Assembly (NCBI GenBank): GCA_965224025.1
Contig: OZ245033.1
Span: 1,856,001-1,920,000, forward strand
Length of the DNA: 64,000 bases
From: Candidatus Multivorans sp.
GTDB lineage: Bacteria > Acidobacteriota > Thermoanaerobaculia > Multivoradales > Multivoraceae
Direction: 5' to 3'
In this document: positions 8,221 to 20,400 of the stretch, one piece after another
How positions within the stretch are numbered: the stretch's first letter is position 1
Layout: each line of letters opens with the position of its first letter
The notes under the pieces: generated by a model
Told to the model about the DNA's origin: nothing
What the model saw: the letters and a program-made list of their open reading frames with translations, nothing else
Databases searched by the model: none
Position numbers and translations under genes: made by a program

Positions 8221-9636
8221 ATGCGATGTTGCCGCCCGCCAACGCTGGCTTTCCTTTCCCTCGCCGCGCTGGCCTTGGGCTGCGGCGCCGACGCCACCCT
8301 CGAACCGCCGCGACGGGTGTTCCTGATCACCGTCGACACGCTGCGCGCCGACCACCTCGGCTGGCATGGCTACCCGCGGGACACGAGTCCTCGCCTCGAC
8401 GAATGGGTCGAACGAGGCGTCGTGTTCGAGCGCGCCATCGTCCAGTGGCCCAAGACCGGTCCGTCCTTCGCCTCGATGTTCACGAGCTTGTATCCGCACA
8501 CGACGGGACTGATCCATGACGCCGCACAGACGATTCCCGAGTCCTACGTCGCCTTGCCGGGCTGGTTCCAGGAACGGGGCTACCGCACGGCCGCGGTCAT
8601 CTCGAACCCGATACTCAGCCGGGAGCTCGGCTGGGGCCGCGGATTCGACCACTACGAGCAGACCTGGATCGACCAGGCGACTCTGGACGCGATCGACGAC
8701 CTCCCGGTCGAGCAACGGCCGATGGCGTTCCGGCGCCACGTGTGGGCCGATCGCGTGAACGAGTTGGCGGGGCCCCTGCTCGCCTCACTCGCCGCCGAGG
8801 AGCGCCTGTTCGTGTGGCTCCACTACACCGACCCGCATGTGCCCTACCTGCTCCAGCCAGGAAGCGAGAACCCCTTCCTGCACGACGAGCACTACACGGG
8901 TGATGAACTCGTCGACCTCACGGGCGCCGAGGGCCGGGCGCTTGGCGACCAGCGGGAACTCCGCTACTACGTGGCCCAGTACGACGCGAACGTCCTGGTG
9001 ATTGACCGGGCGATCGGCGCGATCCTGGACCGAATCGCAGACCTCGGCATGGAGGACGAGAGCCTGTTCGTGCTGACCGCGGACCACGGCGAGGAACTGA
9101 ACGAGCACGGGGTGCCCTTCGAGCACGGTCCAGTGCCCTACAACAGCAGCGTCAACGTGCCCCTGGTCGTCGTCGGCGAGCCGTGGGTGACCGCCGGCAC
9201 GCGCGTCGGACAACCCGTCGAGCTCATCGGGCTGTTCCCCACTCTGATCGAACTGCTCGGGGAGTCGATGCCCGAGGGTTTCGAGGGCCGGAGCTGGATG
9301 CCCCACCTGACCGGCGAGATACGGGCCGGCGACGAGCCGGATCCCGTCGCCTTCGCCGACGCCGGCGCCTACCAACGACACCTGCGGAGTATTCAGGACG
9401 AGGAGTGGCAACTCGTGCTGCGCCCCCCAAACAAACAACGCGGGAAGCCGTTGATCGAGCTCTACCACCTGCCGTCCGATCCGCTCCAGCTCCGCGACGT
9501 GGCCGAGGAGTTTCCTGACACAAAGAACCGCCTGGGGCGACGGCTCAGTAGTTGGATCCGCGAGTCGCCGGAGAACGTCAGTCCACACACGGAAGCCGCT
9601 CGCAAGGCGCTCCAGGCGATGGGCTACCTGGAGTGA
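8221..9636 (+). CDS. Sulfatase-fold (alkaline phosphatase superfamily) lipoprotein
   Basis: Lipobox LALGC, ITVDTLRADHLG, PKTGPSFASMFT, HYTDPH, TADHGE. Confidence 0.85.
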   Translation: MRCCRPPTLAFLSLAALALGCGADATLEPPRRVFLITVDTLRADHLGWHGYPRDTSPRLDEWVERGVVFERAIVQWPKTGPSFASMFTSLYPHTTGLIHDAAQTIPESYVALPGWFQERGYRTAAVISNPILSRELGWGRGFDHYEQTWIDQATLDAIDDLPVEQRPMAFRRHVWADRVNELAGPLLASLAAEERLFVWLHYTDPHVPYLLQPGSENPFLHDEHYTGDELVDLTGAEGRALGDQRELRYYVAQYDANVLVIDRAIGAILDRIADLGMEDESLFVLTADHGEELNEHGVPFEHGPVPYNSSVNVPLVVVGEPWVTAGTRVGQPVELIGLFPTLIELLGESMPEGFEGRSWMPHLTGEIRAGDEPDPVAFADAGAYQRHLRSIQDEEWQLVLRPPNKQRGKPLIELYHLPSDPLQLRDVAEEFPDTKNRLGRRLSSWIRESPENVSPHTEAARKALQAMGYLE

Positions 9637-10526
9637 ACGGCAGCCCGCCCTTCCCAATCGAGCGGGTCAGCGTCGTCATCCCCTGCCTCAACGCCGCCGC
9701 GACCTTGGGGGCACAGCTCGAAGCGCTGTGCCGCCAGGCCTGGCGGGGCGAAGTCGAGGTGCTCGTCGCCGACAACGGGTCGACGGACGGGTCCGTCGAA
9801 CTCGCCGAGTCCTACCGTGACCGCCTGCCAAGCCTGCGAACGCTGCACGCCGCGGACTGCAAGGGTCCGGCCCACGCCAAGAACGTCGCGGCCGCGGCGG
9901 CGACCGGCGAGGTGCTCCTGTTCTGCGACGCGGACGACGAGGCCGCCGACGGCTGGATCGACGGCCTGGTCCGCGAGTTGCAAGACCATGAGGCCGCGGC
10001 GAGCCGGCACGAGATCGAACGACTGAACGGCGAGCACGCACGCCGTCTGCACGGCGACCCGGCCCAGCAGCACGGCCTGTCCAGCTACACGAACCCGCCC
10101 TTCCTCGACCACGCCGGCGGCTGCGGCCTGGGGGTTCGACGCCACGTCTTCGAAGCCCTGGACGGCTTCGACGAGTCGTACGTCGCACTGGAGGACACCG
10201 ACTTCTGTTGGCGCCTGCAGCTCGCCGGCCACCGCCTCGTCTTCGCGCCCGACGCGGTCGTCCACGTCCGCTTCCCGGCGACGCTCGCCGGCGCCTTCCG
10301 CCAGGCGGCCCGCTACGGTCGGTACAACGTGTACATCTACACGCGCTACCGGCCGCGCGGCATGCCGCGGCTTCCGATGCTCCCCGGCCTGTTGCGGCTC
10401 GGCTCACTGGCCCTGCGCAGCCCGCAACTCCTGTCACGGGTCGCCCGCGGCCGCTTCATCTGGCTAGCCGGCTGGCGGCTGGGGCGGCTCTGGGGCTGCC
10501 TTCGCTACCGTACGATCGCGCTTTAG
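9633..10526 (+). CDS. Glycosyltransferase family 2
   Basis: SVVIPCLN, DNGSTD, FCDADD, GFDE..EDTDFCWR; GTGA overlap with the sulfatase-fold gene stop. Confidence 0.9.
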   Translation: MNGSPPFPIERVSVVIPCLNAAATLGAQLEALCRQAWRGEVEVLVADNGSTDGSVELAESYRDRLPSLRTLHAADCKGPAHAKNVAAAAATGEVLLFCDADDEAADGWIDGLVRELQDHEAAASRHEIERLNGEHARRLHGDPAQQHGLSSYTNPPFLDHAGGCGLGVRRHVFEALDGFDESYVALEDTDFCWRLQLAGHRLVFAPDAVVHVRFPATLAGAFRQAARYGRYNVYIYTRYRPRGMPRLPMLPGLLRLGSLALRSPQLLSRVARGRFIWLAGWRLGRLWGCLRYRTIAL

Positions 10527-11992
10527 TGGAACCCGTCCCGAATCCAGACCCGGCCGCGATGGGCGCCAAGCAGCGGCTGCTGCACTCCTCGATCAGCGCC
10601 TACGGCTCGATGCTCGTGCGGCTGCTGCTGGCCTTCGCCGCGCGAGCCATCCTGGCCCGGCTGATCCTGCCGGATGTCCACGGACTCTTCGCACTCGCGC
10701 TGCAGTTCGTGATCATGGCCTCGGCGATCCGCGACGTAGGCCTGACGCACCACCTGATGCGCGATCCACGCGAGTCCTACGGCACCGTCCTGGCCTGGAG
10801 CGTCGGCGTCGGCGCAGCGATGTCCATCCTGCTGGTCGCTCTCGCGAACGTCTTCTCCTACCTGAATCCGGACCTGCCCGGCGTGTTGCGGGCGATGGCG
10901 ATATGGATCGTCATCGACGCCGTCATCATGGTCTACCGCACTTTCTTCGAGCGGCGGCTTCGGATCCGGGAGATCGCCGGCTTCGAGATTCTGCGTAGCC
11001 TGGTGTACGGCCTGATCGCGGTCGGACTGGCCCATCTTGGCGCCGGGGTCTGGGCCTTCGTCGGCGGCGAGCTTCTCGCTTCGGCCCTGTTCGCGAGCCT
11101 GCTACCGTGGCGGGCGCGCGGCCAGGTTCCGCTGACCGTCGATTGGCAGCGACTCCCGGGGCTGCTCCGCGCGAGCCGCTACCTGTTCGTCGTCTGGGCC
11201 GCGACCCAGGTCTTCCACCGCGTCGACATCTACTTCATCGAGATCTTCTCGACCACCACCTCCGTTGGCCTCTACGAGCAGGCCTACTACTTCGCCTTCC
11301 TGGTCGCGCTGACCGTGACCCCGAGGCCACTGCTGCCGGCGCTGGTCGAATTCCGTGAAGACCCCGCGGAGTTCGCCGAAACGCTGCGTCTCGGCACACT
11401 GCTCTTCCTCTCCGGAATCGTCGTCTCGGCTTACTTCCTGTACTTCAATGCCGAGAAGGCAGTCCAACTCGTGCTCGGTCCCGAGTGGGCCGGCACGGTT
11501 CCGCTGCTGCGCGTCCTCTGCCTGGTGCCCCTGATCGACGTCTTCACGACGACCGGCGGCGAAGCGCTGAAGGTACAGAACCGGGACCGCCTGTGGCTGA
11601 CCACGGTGGTTCTGAACATGCTGGCCATCGTCGGCTTCGGCTTTCTGTTCACCTACAACTGGGGCCCCATCGGCATGGCCTGGGCGAACTTCCTGCGCCT
11701 CGGCAGCCTGTTGATGTTCCTCAAGGTACTCGGCATCTTCGCGGGCCGGAGACTCCGGCTCATCTCCAGCCTGGCCCAGGTCTACCTGCTGCCGCTGCCC
11801 TTCTTCCTGGCCGCGGCGGCTCTGCTGCCGACAGGAAGCTGGGGTCGGTTGCTCGCCAGTGTCGCGGCAGCGGCGCTCGGCGGCGGACTGCTGGCGCTTC
11901 GCTTCCTGCCCGACTACCGGAAGTTCTTCCGTAGGGCGCAGACGGCACCGGCGGGCACGACCGAGAGCCCCGACGGCGGGACGCCTCAGTGA
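10526..11992 (+). CDS. Oligosaccharide flippase (Wzx/PST family)
   Basis: Many hydrophobic segments; [37 protein letters not shown]. Start is GTG 10526 or ATG 10559. Confidence 0.85.
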   Translation: MEPVPNPDPAAMGAKQRLLHSSISAYGSMLVRLLLAFAARAILARLILPDVHGLFALALQFVIMASAIRDVGLTHHLMRDPRESYGTVLAWSVGVGAAMSILLVALANVFSYLNPDLPGVLRAMAIWIVIDAVIMVYRTFFERRLRIREIAGFEILRSLVYGLIAVGLAHLGAGVWAFVGGELLASALFASLLPWRARGQVPLTVDWQRLPGLLRASRYLFVVWAATQVFHRVDIYFIEIFSTTTSVGLYEQAYYFAFLVALTVTPRPLLPALVEFREDPAEFAETLRLGTLLFLSGIVVSAYFLYFNAEKAVQLVLGPEWAGTVPLLRVLCLVPLIDVFTTTGGEALKVQNRDRLWLTTVVLNMLAIVGFGFLFTYNWGPIGMAWANFLRLGSLLMFLKVLGIFAGRRLRLISSLAQVYLLPLPFFLAAAALLPTGSWGRLLASVAAAALGGGLLALRFLPDYRKFFRRAQTAPAGTTESPDGGTPQ

Positions 11993-13599
11993 CCGATCGC
12001 CGGGCGCTGCACATCCTCGGCGCGTCCGTGGCGGCCCTGCCGCTGCTTACCCTCCTGTTCGTGCCGATCCGTACGATCGACGACGCCTTCATCACGTTCC
12101 GATACGCCCGCAACCTGGCCTCCGGCGACGGCCTGGTGTTCAATCTCGGCGAGCGGGTCGAGGGGGCGACCAGCCTCTCGTGGACGCTCCTGCTCACGGC
12201 CGCGGAGACGCTTCGCCTGCCGATCGAGGGGACGGCACTCGTGCTCGGCGTGTCCTTCGCCCTGCTCGCGCTGCGGGAGGCGTACCTGCTCGGTCGCCGC
12301 CTCGGCGCCTCACCCGCCGCATGTCTGGCGGCGGTCGCCCTGGTGGCGGTTCACGGTCGCTTCTGGCTCGTCGCCGCCAACGGTCTCGAGGGGGGGCTGT
12401 TCGCATTCCTGGTCGTGCTCGTCGCTCGCAAGACCGTCGAGGACGCCGACGCCAGGCTGATCGGCGCTCTGCTGGGCCTGCTGTTCCTTACTCGACCGGA
12501 GAGCCTGCTCATCCTGCTCCTTGTTCTCGCCTACCAGGTCCTTGGTGCTCGCGGGCAAGACCGCGAATCGGCCATGCCCGCCACCGGGAATCTCCGTCCC
12601 GGGAAGGCAGGCGCCTCGCCCGCATCCGGCGCCCTCCGACGCGCCACCCCAACCGCGGCCGTCGCCCTCGCCATCATTGGCGCCGCGTCAATCTGGCGAC
12701 TCGGTTACTACGGCGCCCTGCTGCCGAACTCGGTCGCCGCCAAGTCCGCGCTTTCCGCCGGGCCGGAGGCATTGCTGGCGAATCTCCTAGCGGGCCTCTC
12801 CTACACCGTCCGCTTCGAGATCGCGCACGCGCCGCTGATCCTCGGCGCCGCGATCGCACTCGTCCTCAAACCAACGAACCGGGCCTTGTGGCTGTCCCTG
12901 CTCGTCGTGGCGTCGGAGATCCCGGCGGTGCTCGTCAACGGCGGCGACTGGATGCCCCACTACCGGCTGTTCATGGTCTTCCTGCCGGTGCTTGCAGCTC
13001 CCCTTGCCCTCGGCCTGTCAGCGACCTTCGAAGACTGGGATCACCCGGGCCGCCGACGGCGACGGGCGACCTGGGTTCTCGCCCTGCTGGCCCTGAGCGC
13101 CGCCTTCATGCTCAGCCGCAGTCCGTGGCAGTCCTCACCCGGACCCCGATTCGAGTTCCACCCGATCGCGAACTGCTACCGGTTCATGGCCACGCGGCTT
13201 CAACCCCACCTCGAGACGAGCGACATCGCCGCTTCCGAAGCGATCGGACTCTTCGGCTGGGTACTCCAGGACACGACGATCCACGATCCACTCGGCCTCG
13301 TCGATACGCACCACGCGCGCCACGGCGAGTACCACGGCCAGTGGGGCAAGACGGACTACACCCACCTCCACGAAGCCTGGCCGGCGGTCCTGGTCCTCCA
13401 CGACGGTTCCGTCGTGACGCCCGAGAAGATCGACCGCGGCACGAACGGCGCCTTCAACCGCGACTACTCGGCGTGGTTCGTCAGCCATCCACCGGCCTGC
13501 GCGCCGTACCGGCTGATCGTCTATATCGACAACCGCCATCTCGAGCAACTACGGCCGGCGCTCGACGGGCTGGTCGTCGAACCGCTTGGAGACGAGTAG
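11989..13599 (+). CDS. Polytopic membrane GT-C-type glycosyltransferase (AftB-like)
   Basis: [67 protein letters not shown]. Confidence 0.7.
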   Translation: MTDRRALHILGASVAALPLLTLLFVPIRTIDDAFITFRYARNLASGDGLVFNLGERVEGATSLSWTLLLTAAETLRLPIEGTALVLGVSFALLALREAYLLGRRLGASPAACLAAVALVAVHGRFWLVAANGLEGGLFAFLVVLVARKTVEDADARLIGALLGLLFLTRPESLLILLLVLAYQVLGARGQDRESAMPATGNLRPGKAGASPASGALRRATPTAAVALAIIGAASIWRLGYYGALLPNSVAAKSALSAGPEALLANLLAGLSYTVRFEIAHAPLILGAAIALVLKPTNRALWLSLLVVASEIPAVLVNGGDWMPHYRLFMVFLPVLAAPLALGLSATFEDWDHPGRRRRRATWVLALLALSAAFMLSRSPWQSSPGPRFEFHPIANCYRFMATRLQPHLETSDIAASEAIGLFGWVLQDTTIHDPLGLVDTHHARHGEYHGQWGKTDYTHLHEAWPAVLVLHDGSVVTPEKIDRGTNGAFNRDYSAWFVSHPPACAPYRLIVYIDNRHLEQLRPALDGLVVEPLGDE

Positions 13600-13602
13600 C
13601 CC

Positions 13603-14544
13603 TCAGCCGGGCGGTAGCCGACGGCGCAACCAGATCGAGCCGAAGTGGGTGTCGTAGTCCTCGACCTCGACCGGCCGGTAGCCGGGGATCGTCCGCTCGA
13701 GGAAGGCTTCGTCCGCGTGGCGGATCATCGGCGCTGACAGCACGACCTCGAACTCGCGGTTGAAGCTCAGGAAGGCCTGCAGGACCATCGCCTCCGTGCG
13801 GTAGAGCGGCCATTTGGCGCGGAAGATGTACTGCTCGGCCGGATACGGCGTGTTGTACGGGAAGTGGATGTCGTGGACGTGGATCACGACTCCCGGCCGC
13901 AGCCGCGGCAGGACTTCCAGGAACAGAAACGCGACATCCCCGCCCAGCTTGAGCACGTGCGTCGAGTCGATGAACAGCACGTCGCCAGCATCCAGAGCCT
14001 CGAAGAGGCCAAGGTCGGTGGCCTCGACCTTCGAAACCACCGCGTTCACCGGCGGCTCCTCCAACTCGCTCAGCCGACCGGTCGGAAACGGATCGACGCA
14101 GGTCATCTCGCAAGGACTACCCTCGCGCCCATTCGCCGCCGCCGCCAGCCACGCGTGGTACGTCGAAAGACCCGAGCCGATCTCCACGTATCGCGCCGGC
14201 CTGAGGTCCCGAACCATCAAGTACGTCGTGAGAGCATCGACCACCGGGAACCCGGGCCCGTAGCCCAGCGCCCTGATCTCACTGTGCGGCGGCAATGCCT
14301 CGAACTCGCCGCCATGCACCTCGATCAACGCCGAGAGCAGCCCCTTCATCGCCTCCAGGTCGTAACGGAGCCCCACGAGCTCGCTCGGCCGATCCCAGAG
14401 GTCACGCGTCTCCTCCACCTCCGACAACACCGGCAACGGCGAGTAGAAGTCGGCCGTTCGGGCCACGTTCCAGCCCAGCCACCGCAAAGTGGCAAACACG
14501 GCCGCGTGCAGCCGGCGGTAGATCGTTCTGGCTACCTCGACCAT
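13603..14544 (-). CDS. Class I SAM-dependent methyltransferase (Methyltransf_24-like)
   Basis: FYSPLP, VEIGSGLST, LFIDSTHV, GVVIHVHDI. Confidence 0.85.
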   Translation of the reverse strand: MVEVARTIYRRLHAAVFATLRWLGWNVARTADFYSPLPVLSEVEETRDLWDRPSELVGLRYDLEAMKGLLSALIEVHGGEFEALPPHSEIRALGYGPGFPVVDALTTYLMVRDLRPARYVEIGSGLSTYHAWLAAAANGREGSPCEMTCVDPFPTGRLSELEEPPVNAVVSKVEATDLGLFEALDAGDVLFIDSTHVLKLGGDVAFLFLEVLPRLRPGVVIHVHDIHFPYNTPYPAEQYIFRAKWPLYRTEAMVLQAFLSFNREFEVVLSAPMIRHADEAFLERTIPGYRPVEVEDYDTHFGSIWLRRRLPPG

Positions 14545-14615
14545 CCCAGGGCCGACGATAGCCCGTTCAGAGGTCACGCGTGCCGCAGGGGCCCTCGTTC
14601 GACCAAACGCGCCAT

Positions 14616-14843
14616 TTAGAGTGCGCCCTCGGCCCACCTAGCCAGTGCGAGCGCTTCCCTGTAGTCATCCTTCGCGCCGGATCATGAGGGCCTTGACGGC
14701 CTGCTCGCCGCCTGCTGCGCGTCGTGGCACATGTCTTCCAGGTAGACGTCGGGGATGCGCTCGCGAGCCCGGCGCAAGTTGCTCCTCGCGCGGTTCAACC
14801 ATTCCCGCGGGTCGTCCGGCGGGTAGCGCTCAGGCGGCTTCAT
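14616..14843 (-). pseudogene. HEPN-domain toxin pseudogene (frameshift plus internal deletion)
   Basis: MKPPERYPPDDPREWLNRARSNL...CHDAQQAA, then a frame change to EQAVKALMIRR, then a jump to the C-terminal helix DDYREALALARWAEGAL*. Confidence 0.75.
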
Positions 14844-15188
14844 AGATGACCTTGCCCTCCGTCAATGCGGGTTTGTAGACCAGAGCGTGGCAGTCCCTAT
14901 AGCGCTCCAGCGAGCTTGGGGACACGACGATCGCATCCACGGCGGCGCCGACGCCGTACAGGTTGCCATAGATCCATCCCATGGCGTCGAGCGGGTCCAC
15001 TCCATCCTTGACCACGAGGAGGTCCACATCGCTGTGGCGGGTCATCTCGTCCCGCGCCGCTGAGCCAAACAGGATGATCCTCTCAGGCTGACGGCCTCGA
15101 CGACCCGCCGGACGATCTCGTCGAGCACGTCCGGATCCAGGCGGCCGCTCGGCCGCGGCGCGGCTTCCTGGTTCGCAGCGCGCCTCAC
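14830..15188 (-). pseudogene. MNT nucleotidyltransferase antitoxin, frameshifted near 15090
   Basis: LDPDVLDEIVRRVVEAV in one frame continues as QPERIILFGSAARDEMTRHSDVDLLVV...EGKVIYEAA in another; one base is missing. Confidence 0.75.
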
Positions 15189-15197
15189 ATCCACATG

Positions 15198-17117
15198 TTA
15201 GCGCCTCACAGCCGACGCAACGCGCCACGACAAACGCAAACCGACGACGATCGTGCGGCCCGGCGTTGCGAAACCGGGGACTTCAAAGTAGTCCTCGTCG
15301 AGGAAATTCTCGATCCGCACGAAGGGCTTGAGCATCGACCAGGCGTAGCTCAGGTGGACGTCGACCTTGGTGTAGTCGTCCATCACGGCGCCGTTCGAGT
15401 CGATGCGGTCCGAAACGAACGCCGCCATGACGGCCGCCGCGAACCGGTCCGTCGGCTGCAACTGTGCGACCGCCGTCGTGCGGTGTTTCGGCCGCCGGGC
15501 CAACGGATTGCCCGTCGCCTTGTCTTCCGTCCGGTTGACCGTGTGCGAGAACTCCAGGCTGTAGTCGATGTCCGGGCGGTAGAGCAGCGTCAACTCCGCG
15601 CCGCTGGAGCTCGCCTGCGCCAGGTTGCCGAATGTGAAACTCGTCAGATCGAACTCGATCAGTTGATCGAAGTCGATCTCGAACCAGGTCAGATCGAGAG
15701 TCACGCCCGAATCGCCGATGCGCTGCTGCACTCCGATGTCGAAGCCCTCCGTGGTCTCCGGCAACAGGTTCGGATCGCCGGAGAACGGGAAGTAGAGCTC
15801 GTCGAAGTTCGGGGCGCGGAACGCGGTGCCGTAGCTCCCGTGGACGCGGCCGCGGCCGGCGCTCCAGCCGCCAGACACCGTGACGCGATGGCTCGTCTCG
15901 GAGCCGAACACGGAGTGGCGATCACCGCGTACCGCGGCGGTCAGATGCACCTCGTCCGTGATCGACCACTGGTCCTGCACGAACCACGAGTCCAGGTCGG
16001 CCTCCTCGTCGAAGGCGCCGACGCTCAGCCCCCTCCGCTTCTCCGTCGAGAGACCGACGTTCAGCACGTTGTCCGCGGCCAGCGATATGTCCGACTGCAG
16101 GTCGATCTGCCGAATATCCGAACGGATCTCGTAGTTGTTCCAGATCGTGTCCGGGTCGCTGCCGAGCAGCGAACCCTCGGTCTGGCCGACGCGCACCGTC
16201 TGCCGCCAGAACGAACTGAGGTCCTTCTCGACGACGAGAGCCACCGTGTCCTCGTCCTGAGCGGCCATCGCATTCAGGTCCTCGGGGCCGAAGCCGTCCA
16301 CCGCCGTATCGGCCCGGTAGAAGCGAACACGCAGGTCGATCCGGCCGTCGTCGAGGAAGGCGGCGCCGAGACGGGTGCTGTATGTCCGGTTCTCGAACGG
16401 ATCGTCTTCGACCGCGCCGCCCTCGATCGCGCGGTGAGACACGCCGTCGGTGCTCAACTCGGTCGCCGAAACGCTGTAGTCCCAACGATCCGACGCGCCC
16501 AAGAAGCCCAGATCGAATCGACGGTGGTCGTGGGTGCCCGCTTCCCCGGTCGCGTTCAGCCGCCAACCCGGGCCGCCGCGGCCGGTCGTGATGCTGATCA
16601 CCCCGGTCATCGCCTCCGAACCGTAGGTCGCCTGCGGACCCCGAAGCACCTCGATGCGCTCGATGTTGGCGGCCAGCAGGTTGGCGAAGTCGACCGTGCC
16701 GCCGGCGACCGAGTTCACCCGCACGCCGTCGACGAGGACCAGGGCCTGCGCACCCGAGCCGCCGCGCACGCGGACGGTTGCGATCTTGCCCGGGCCTCCG
16801 GCATGAGTCACCTCGGTGCCAGGCACCGTGCGGAGCAGGTCGAGCACCGCCACGGGGTTGCGCCGTTCGATCTCTTCGCCGTCGATCACCGTGACCGCGC
16901 TGCCGACCTCCGAAGCCGGCACCTCGTAGCGGTTCGCGCTGACGACGATCTCTTCCGCGAGGACCGGCGTCTCGTCTTCAGCTTCGTCGTGCTGATGGCC
17001 GGCTGTTGCTGCCGGCGCCAGCAGGATCGTGGCTGCCACGCCGTGGATCCACCACCGGTAGCGCCTGCACGTGCCGCCGCCACTGCGAGCGGACTCGCCC
17101 TCTCTCCTGTCGTTCAT
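15198..17117 (-). CDS. btuB: TonB-dependent receptor, BtuB-like cobalamin transporter
   Basis: Signal peptide, EEIVVSANR TonB box, VLVDGVRVN, IERIEVLRGPQ, YGTAFRAP, NLLPE; downstream of a B12 riboswitch. Confidence 0.85.
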   Translation of the reverse strand: MNDRREGESARSGGGTCRRYRWWIHGVAATILLAPAATAGHQHDEAEDETPVLAEEIVVSANRYEVPASEVGSAVTVIDGEEIERRNPVAVLDLLRTVPGTEVTHAGGPGKIATVRVRGGSGAQALVLVDGVRVNSVAGGTVDFANLLAANIERIEVLRGPQATYGSEAMTGVISITTGRGGPGWRLNATGEAGTHDHRRFDLGFLGASDRWDYSVSATELSTDGVSHRAIEGGAVEDDPFENRTYSTRLGAAFLDDGRIDLRVRFYRADTAVDGFGPEDLNAMAAQDEDTVALVVEKDLSSFWRQTVRVGQTEGSLLGSDPDTIWNNYEIRSDIRQIDLQSDISLAADNVLNVGLSTEKRRGLSVGAFDEEADLDSWFVQDQWSITDEVHLTAAVRGDRHSVFGSETSHRVTVSGGWSAGRGRVHGSYGTAFRAPNFDELYFPFSGDPNLLPETTEGFDIGVQQRIGDSGVTLDLTWFEIDFDQLIEFDLTSFTFGNLAQASSSGAELTLLYRPDIDYSLEFSHTVNRTEDKATGNPLARRPKHRTTAVAQLQPTDRFAAAVMAAFVSDRIDSNGAVMDDYTKVDVHLSYAWSMLKPFVRIENFLDEDYFEVPGFATPGRTIVVGLRLSWRVASAVRR

Positions 17118-17189
17118 TTCGGGCCTTCCTCCCCCGCGGGATTCCTGCTCCGGGCGGCCTTCCGGGCCGGCGGAGCGTTGTTGCCTCGG

Positions 17190-17375
17190 CAGGCAGCCAG
17201 GTCTCCTGACTCACCTTCCTCCTACTCGCCGGCCCTTCCCATCCCGGTCTCGGGACAGTGGTTAGCACCGGTTTTCGTCCGGATCACAGTCGCGGGGCGG
17301 TGGGAGATTCGCACTCCCTTCCCTTGAACTGCCTGCGTTTTACTGTGTGCTCAGACTCCCGCCGTGATGTTCCTC
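17190..17375 (-). promoter_or_regulatory. Cobalamin riboswitch
   Basis: Minus strand reads AAGGGAAGGGAGTGCGAATCTCCCACCGCCCCGCGACTGT...CCACTG...GGGAAGG...AGTCAGGAGACCTGGC, matching the conserved B12-box elements. The 5' boundary is approximate. Confidence 0.9.
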
Positions 17376-17489
17376 TTCGCGATGGTTGGAGAATCAGGCT
17401 GCGAGCCGGCATCGTACCAGCCCGGAGCCGCCCGCACCGGATTGCGCCAACACCTGCCGAACGCCCACCGGGCGACCTACAATCACCCG

Positions 17490-20400
17490 ATGCCCCGCCC
17501 CCCGCACGCTGCCGGCTCCGGCGAGCAACTGCCGCTCCTGACGAGCCAGCCCGACACGCCGCTGCAGCTTCATGCGTCGAACCGCCTGGAGACCCTGGCG
17601 GCCCGGCTCGCCGACAGGATGCGGCAGAGCCCGGCCGAGCCGCTCGAGCCGGAGCGCCTCGTCGTGCCCGACGCCCTGCTCGGCCAGTGGCTGCGCCTCG
17701 AACTCGCGGGCCACCTCGGCGTCGCCGCCCACTTGCGGGTCGAGTTGCCGGCGGAGTTCGCCTGGGCCGCGATGCGCGAGGAGGTGAAGGGGCTGACCGG
17801 AGACTCCGTCTACGGGCCGCCCTACCTCCGCTGGAGGATCTTCGACCGGCTGGGGGACTGGGCGGAACACGACGAGATCGCGCGCTACCTGGAGGACGGC
17901 GACCCGCGCAAGCGCTTCGAGCTTGCCGACCGGCTCGCCGTCGCCTTCGACCATTGCCGCGTGTATCGGCCGGAGAGCATCCGCGCCTGGCAGCGGGGGT
18001 CGGCGGACGGATGGCACGCCCGGCTATGGGCGGATCTCGCCGCGGCCGACACCGAGCCGCGCCACTGGGTCGACGCCATCGACCGCTATCGCGACGCGCT
18101 CGCCGCGCGCACGGCGGCCGCCCCGAGGAATCGCGTCAGCCTCTTCCATGTGGCCCAGATGTCGCCCACCTACGTCGAAGTGCTGCGGCTCGCCGCTTCG
18201 GTGATGGACGTTCACGTGTACGTCCTGAGCCCGAGCCGACGTTTCTGGACCGTTCCGGCCGCTCCCTCGGGCCGCCGCAAGGCCGAACACGCCGGGGAAG
18301 CCGGAGAAGCGAACGAACTGCTCGACGTCTGGGGGCGGTCGGCGCGGGACCTCCGGGACCAGCTCTTCGCCGAGCCGAACGCCGTCGTCATGGCCAGCGG
18401 TCCGCGGGAAGACGACGTGCCGCGCGCTGCCACATGCCTCGCCGCCCTGCAGCACGACATTCTGGGCGCCGCCCCGGATGCCCGCGTCAGCCGGGCCGAA
18501 CCAACCGGGCCGGACGACTCGATCCAGCTCCACGTCTGCCATTCACCCACGCGCGAAGTCGAGATCCTGCACGACCGCCTGCTCGGCATCTTCGACACCC
18601 ACGAAGGCATAGAGCCCGCCGACGTGCTGGTGCTCACGCCGGACATCGACACCTACGCCCCGCTGGTCGAGGCGGTGTTCGGCGCTGCCGGCCGCATCGG
18701 CTTCAGCATCGGAGCGCGGCGGCTCAAGGAAGGTGCCGCCCTGACCGCCTTCCTCGACCTGCTGGCACTGCCCGCCTCCCGCTATACCGCGAGCGACCTG
18801 CTGGCGCCGCTGCTCGCCGAATCCGTGCGCGGCCGCTTCGGCATCTCCGACACGGATCTCGCGACGCTCCGCGGCGCCGTCGCCCGCTCCCGGATCCGCT
18901 GGGGCACCGACGGCGAGCACCGGACCGAACTCGACGTTCCCGCGTCGGCGAACCACAACTGGCGCCGGGGCCTCGACCGGCTGGTGCTCGGCTACGCGCT
19001 CGACGAAGACGACGTGCTGGCCGGCGGCATCAACCCCTGCGCGCTCGATCGGTGGGGTTTCCACGACGGCGCCGCCGACTACGAGCTGCTCGGCCGCTTC
19101 CACCGCTACTGCGATCTCGCGGTCGGGCTCGGCGGCTGGATGAAGGCCGAACGGGAGGCCGGCGGCTGGGCGGACCGCCTGCGAAGCGACGTCCTGGACG
19201 GGTTCTTCGACGCCGGAATCCGCTCCGGATCCGAGGCCGCCCGGGAGGTGCGTACGGTGTCCCGGCTGATCGAGGAGTTCGACGACGAGTGCCGGCAGGC
19301 CGGCAACGCCGGCCCCATCCCGTTCCCGGTGCTGCGCGGTGTGCTGAACGACCTCGCCGCGCAGTCCGTCCGCTCGGCGCCCCGACTCGCGGACGGCATC
19401 GCGGTCGCGTCCCTGGCCTCGGGGGAGGTCTTCCCGGCGAACGTGGTCTGCACCGTCGGCATGAACGACCGCGCCTTCCCGCGCCGCTCACCGCCCGAGG
19501 TCTTCGACTTCGAGGCAGAGCTGTTCGACCGCGAGAAGCCCAGGCCAGGCGACCCGGACCGCCGCGACGGCGACCGCTTCGCCTTCCTGGAGGCCCTGCT
19601 TGCCGCCCGGAACTGTTTCGTCGTGACCTGCACTGGCAGGGACCTGCAGGAGGACAAGCCGATTCCGCCGTCCGTCCTCGTCAGCGAGCTCCTGGACTAC
19701 CTGACTGAGCGCTTTCCCGCCCAGGAACCCGAACCCCGCGACCGCTGGCGAACGGAGCATCCGCTGCAACCTTTCAGCCGCCGCTACTTCGAGGCCGACG
19801 AGCCGAACCTGTTCAGCTTCTCGCGGCCGATGCTTCAGGCCGCGAAGGCGCTGCGGTCGCGCGGCGAGGAACCCCGCCGCTTCGAGGGCGAACTGGCCGC
19901 GGAGCAGGCCGACGGCGCGCCGGTGGAGGTCGAACTGGAGGACCTGATCCGCTTCTCCGAGAGCCCTTCGAAGGACTTCCTGCGGAACCGGCTCGGCATG
20001 GCTCTCACTACACGCGAGGACGACGTGGAGAACGAGCCGCTCGACCTGAACCCGCTTGAGGTCTGGCAGTTGAAGAGCGACCTGATCGGGAAGGACGAAC
20101 TGAACGACGAAGCAACCCTCGAGCTCGCGGCGGCCCGCGGCCTGCTGCCCGCGGCCAACCTGGGGCGCATCCAACACCGGCAGTCGGCGGCGCAGGTTGC
20201 GGAGCTCGACAAGGAGCTCAAGAAGTTCGACGCTCATCGCGAGGCGCCGGTCCAAGGTCTCGAGGTTGAGCTTGAAGGCGTCCGGTTGGTCGGCGCGGTC
20301 AACCGGTTTCATACGCAGAGCAACGAACTTCTCTTCTGGCGCATCGGAAGGGTCCGGCCGAAGGACCGGATCGCGACCTGGCTCAGGCTGCTCGCACTGA

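Noticed and set aside
15195-17327. Long plus-strand ORF (710 aa) and similar long ORFs (17258..19708, 21043..23541, 50726..52975, 11859..13763)
   Set aside because: Antisense or off-frame shadows of well-supported genes in high-GC DNA; Arg/Pro/Gly-rich with no motifs.
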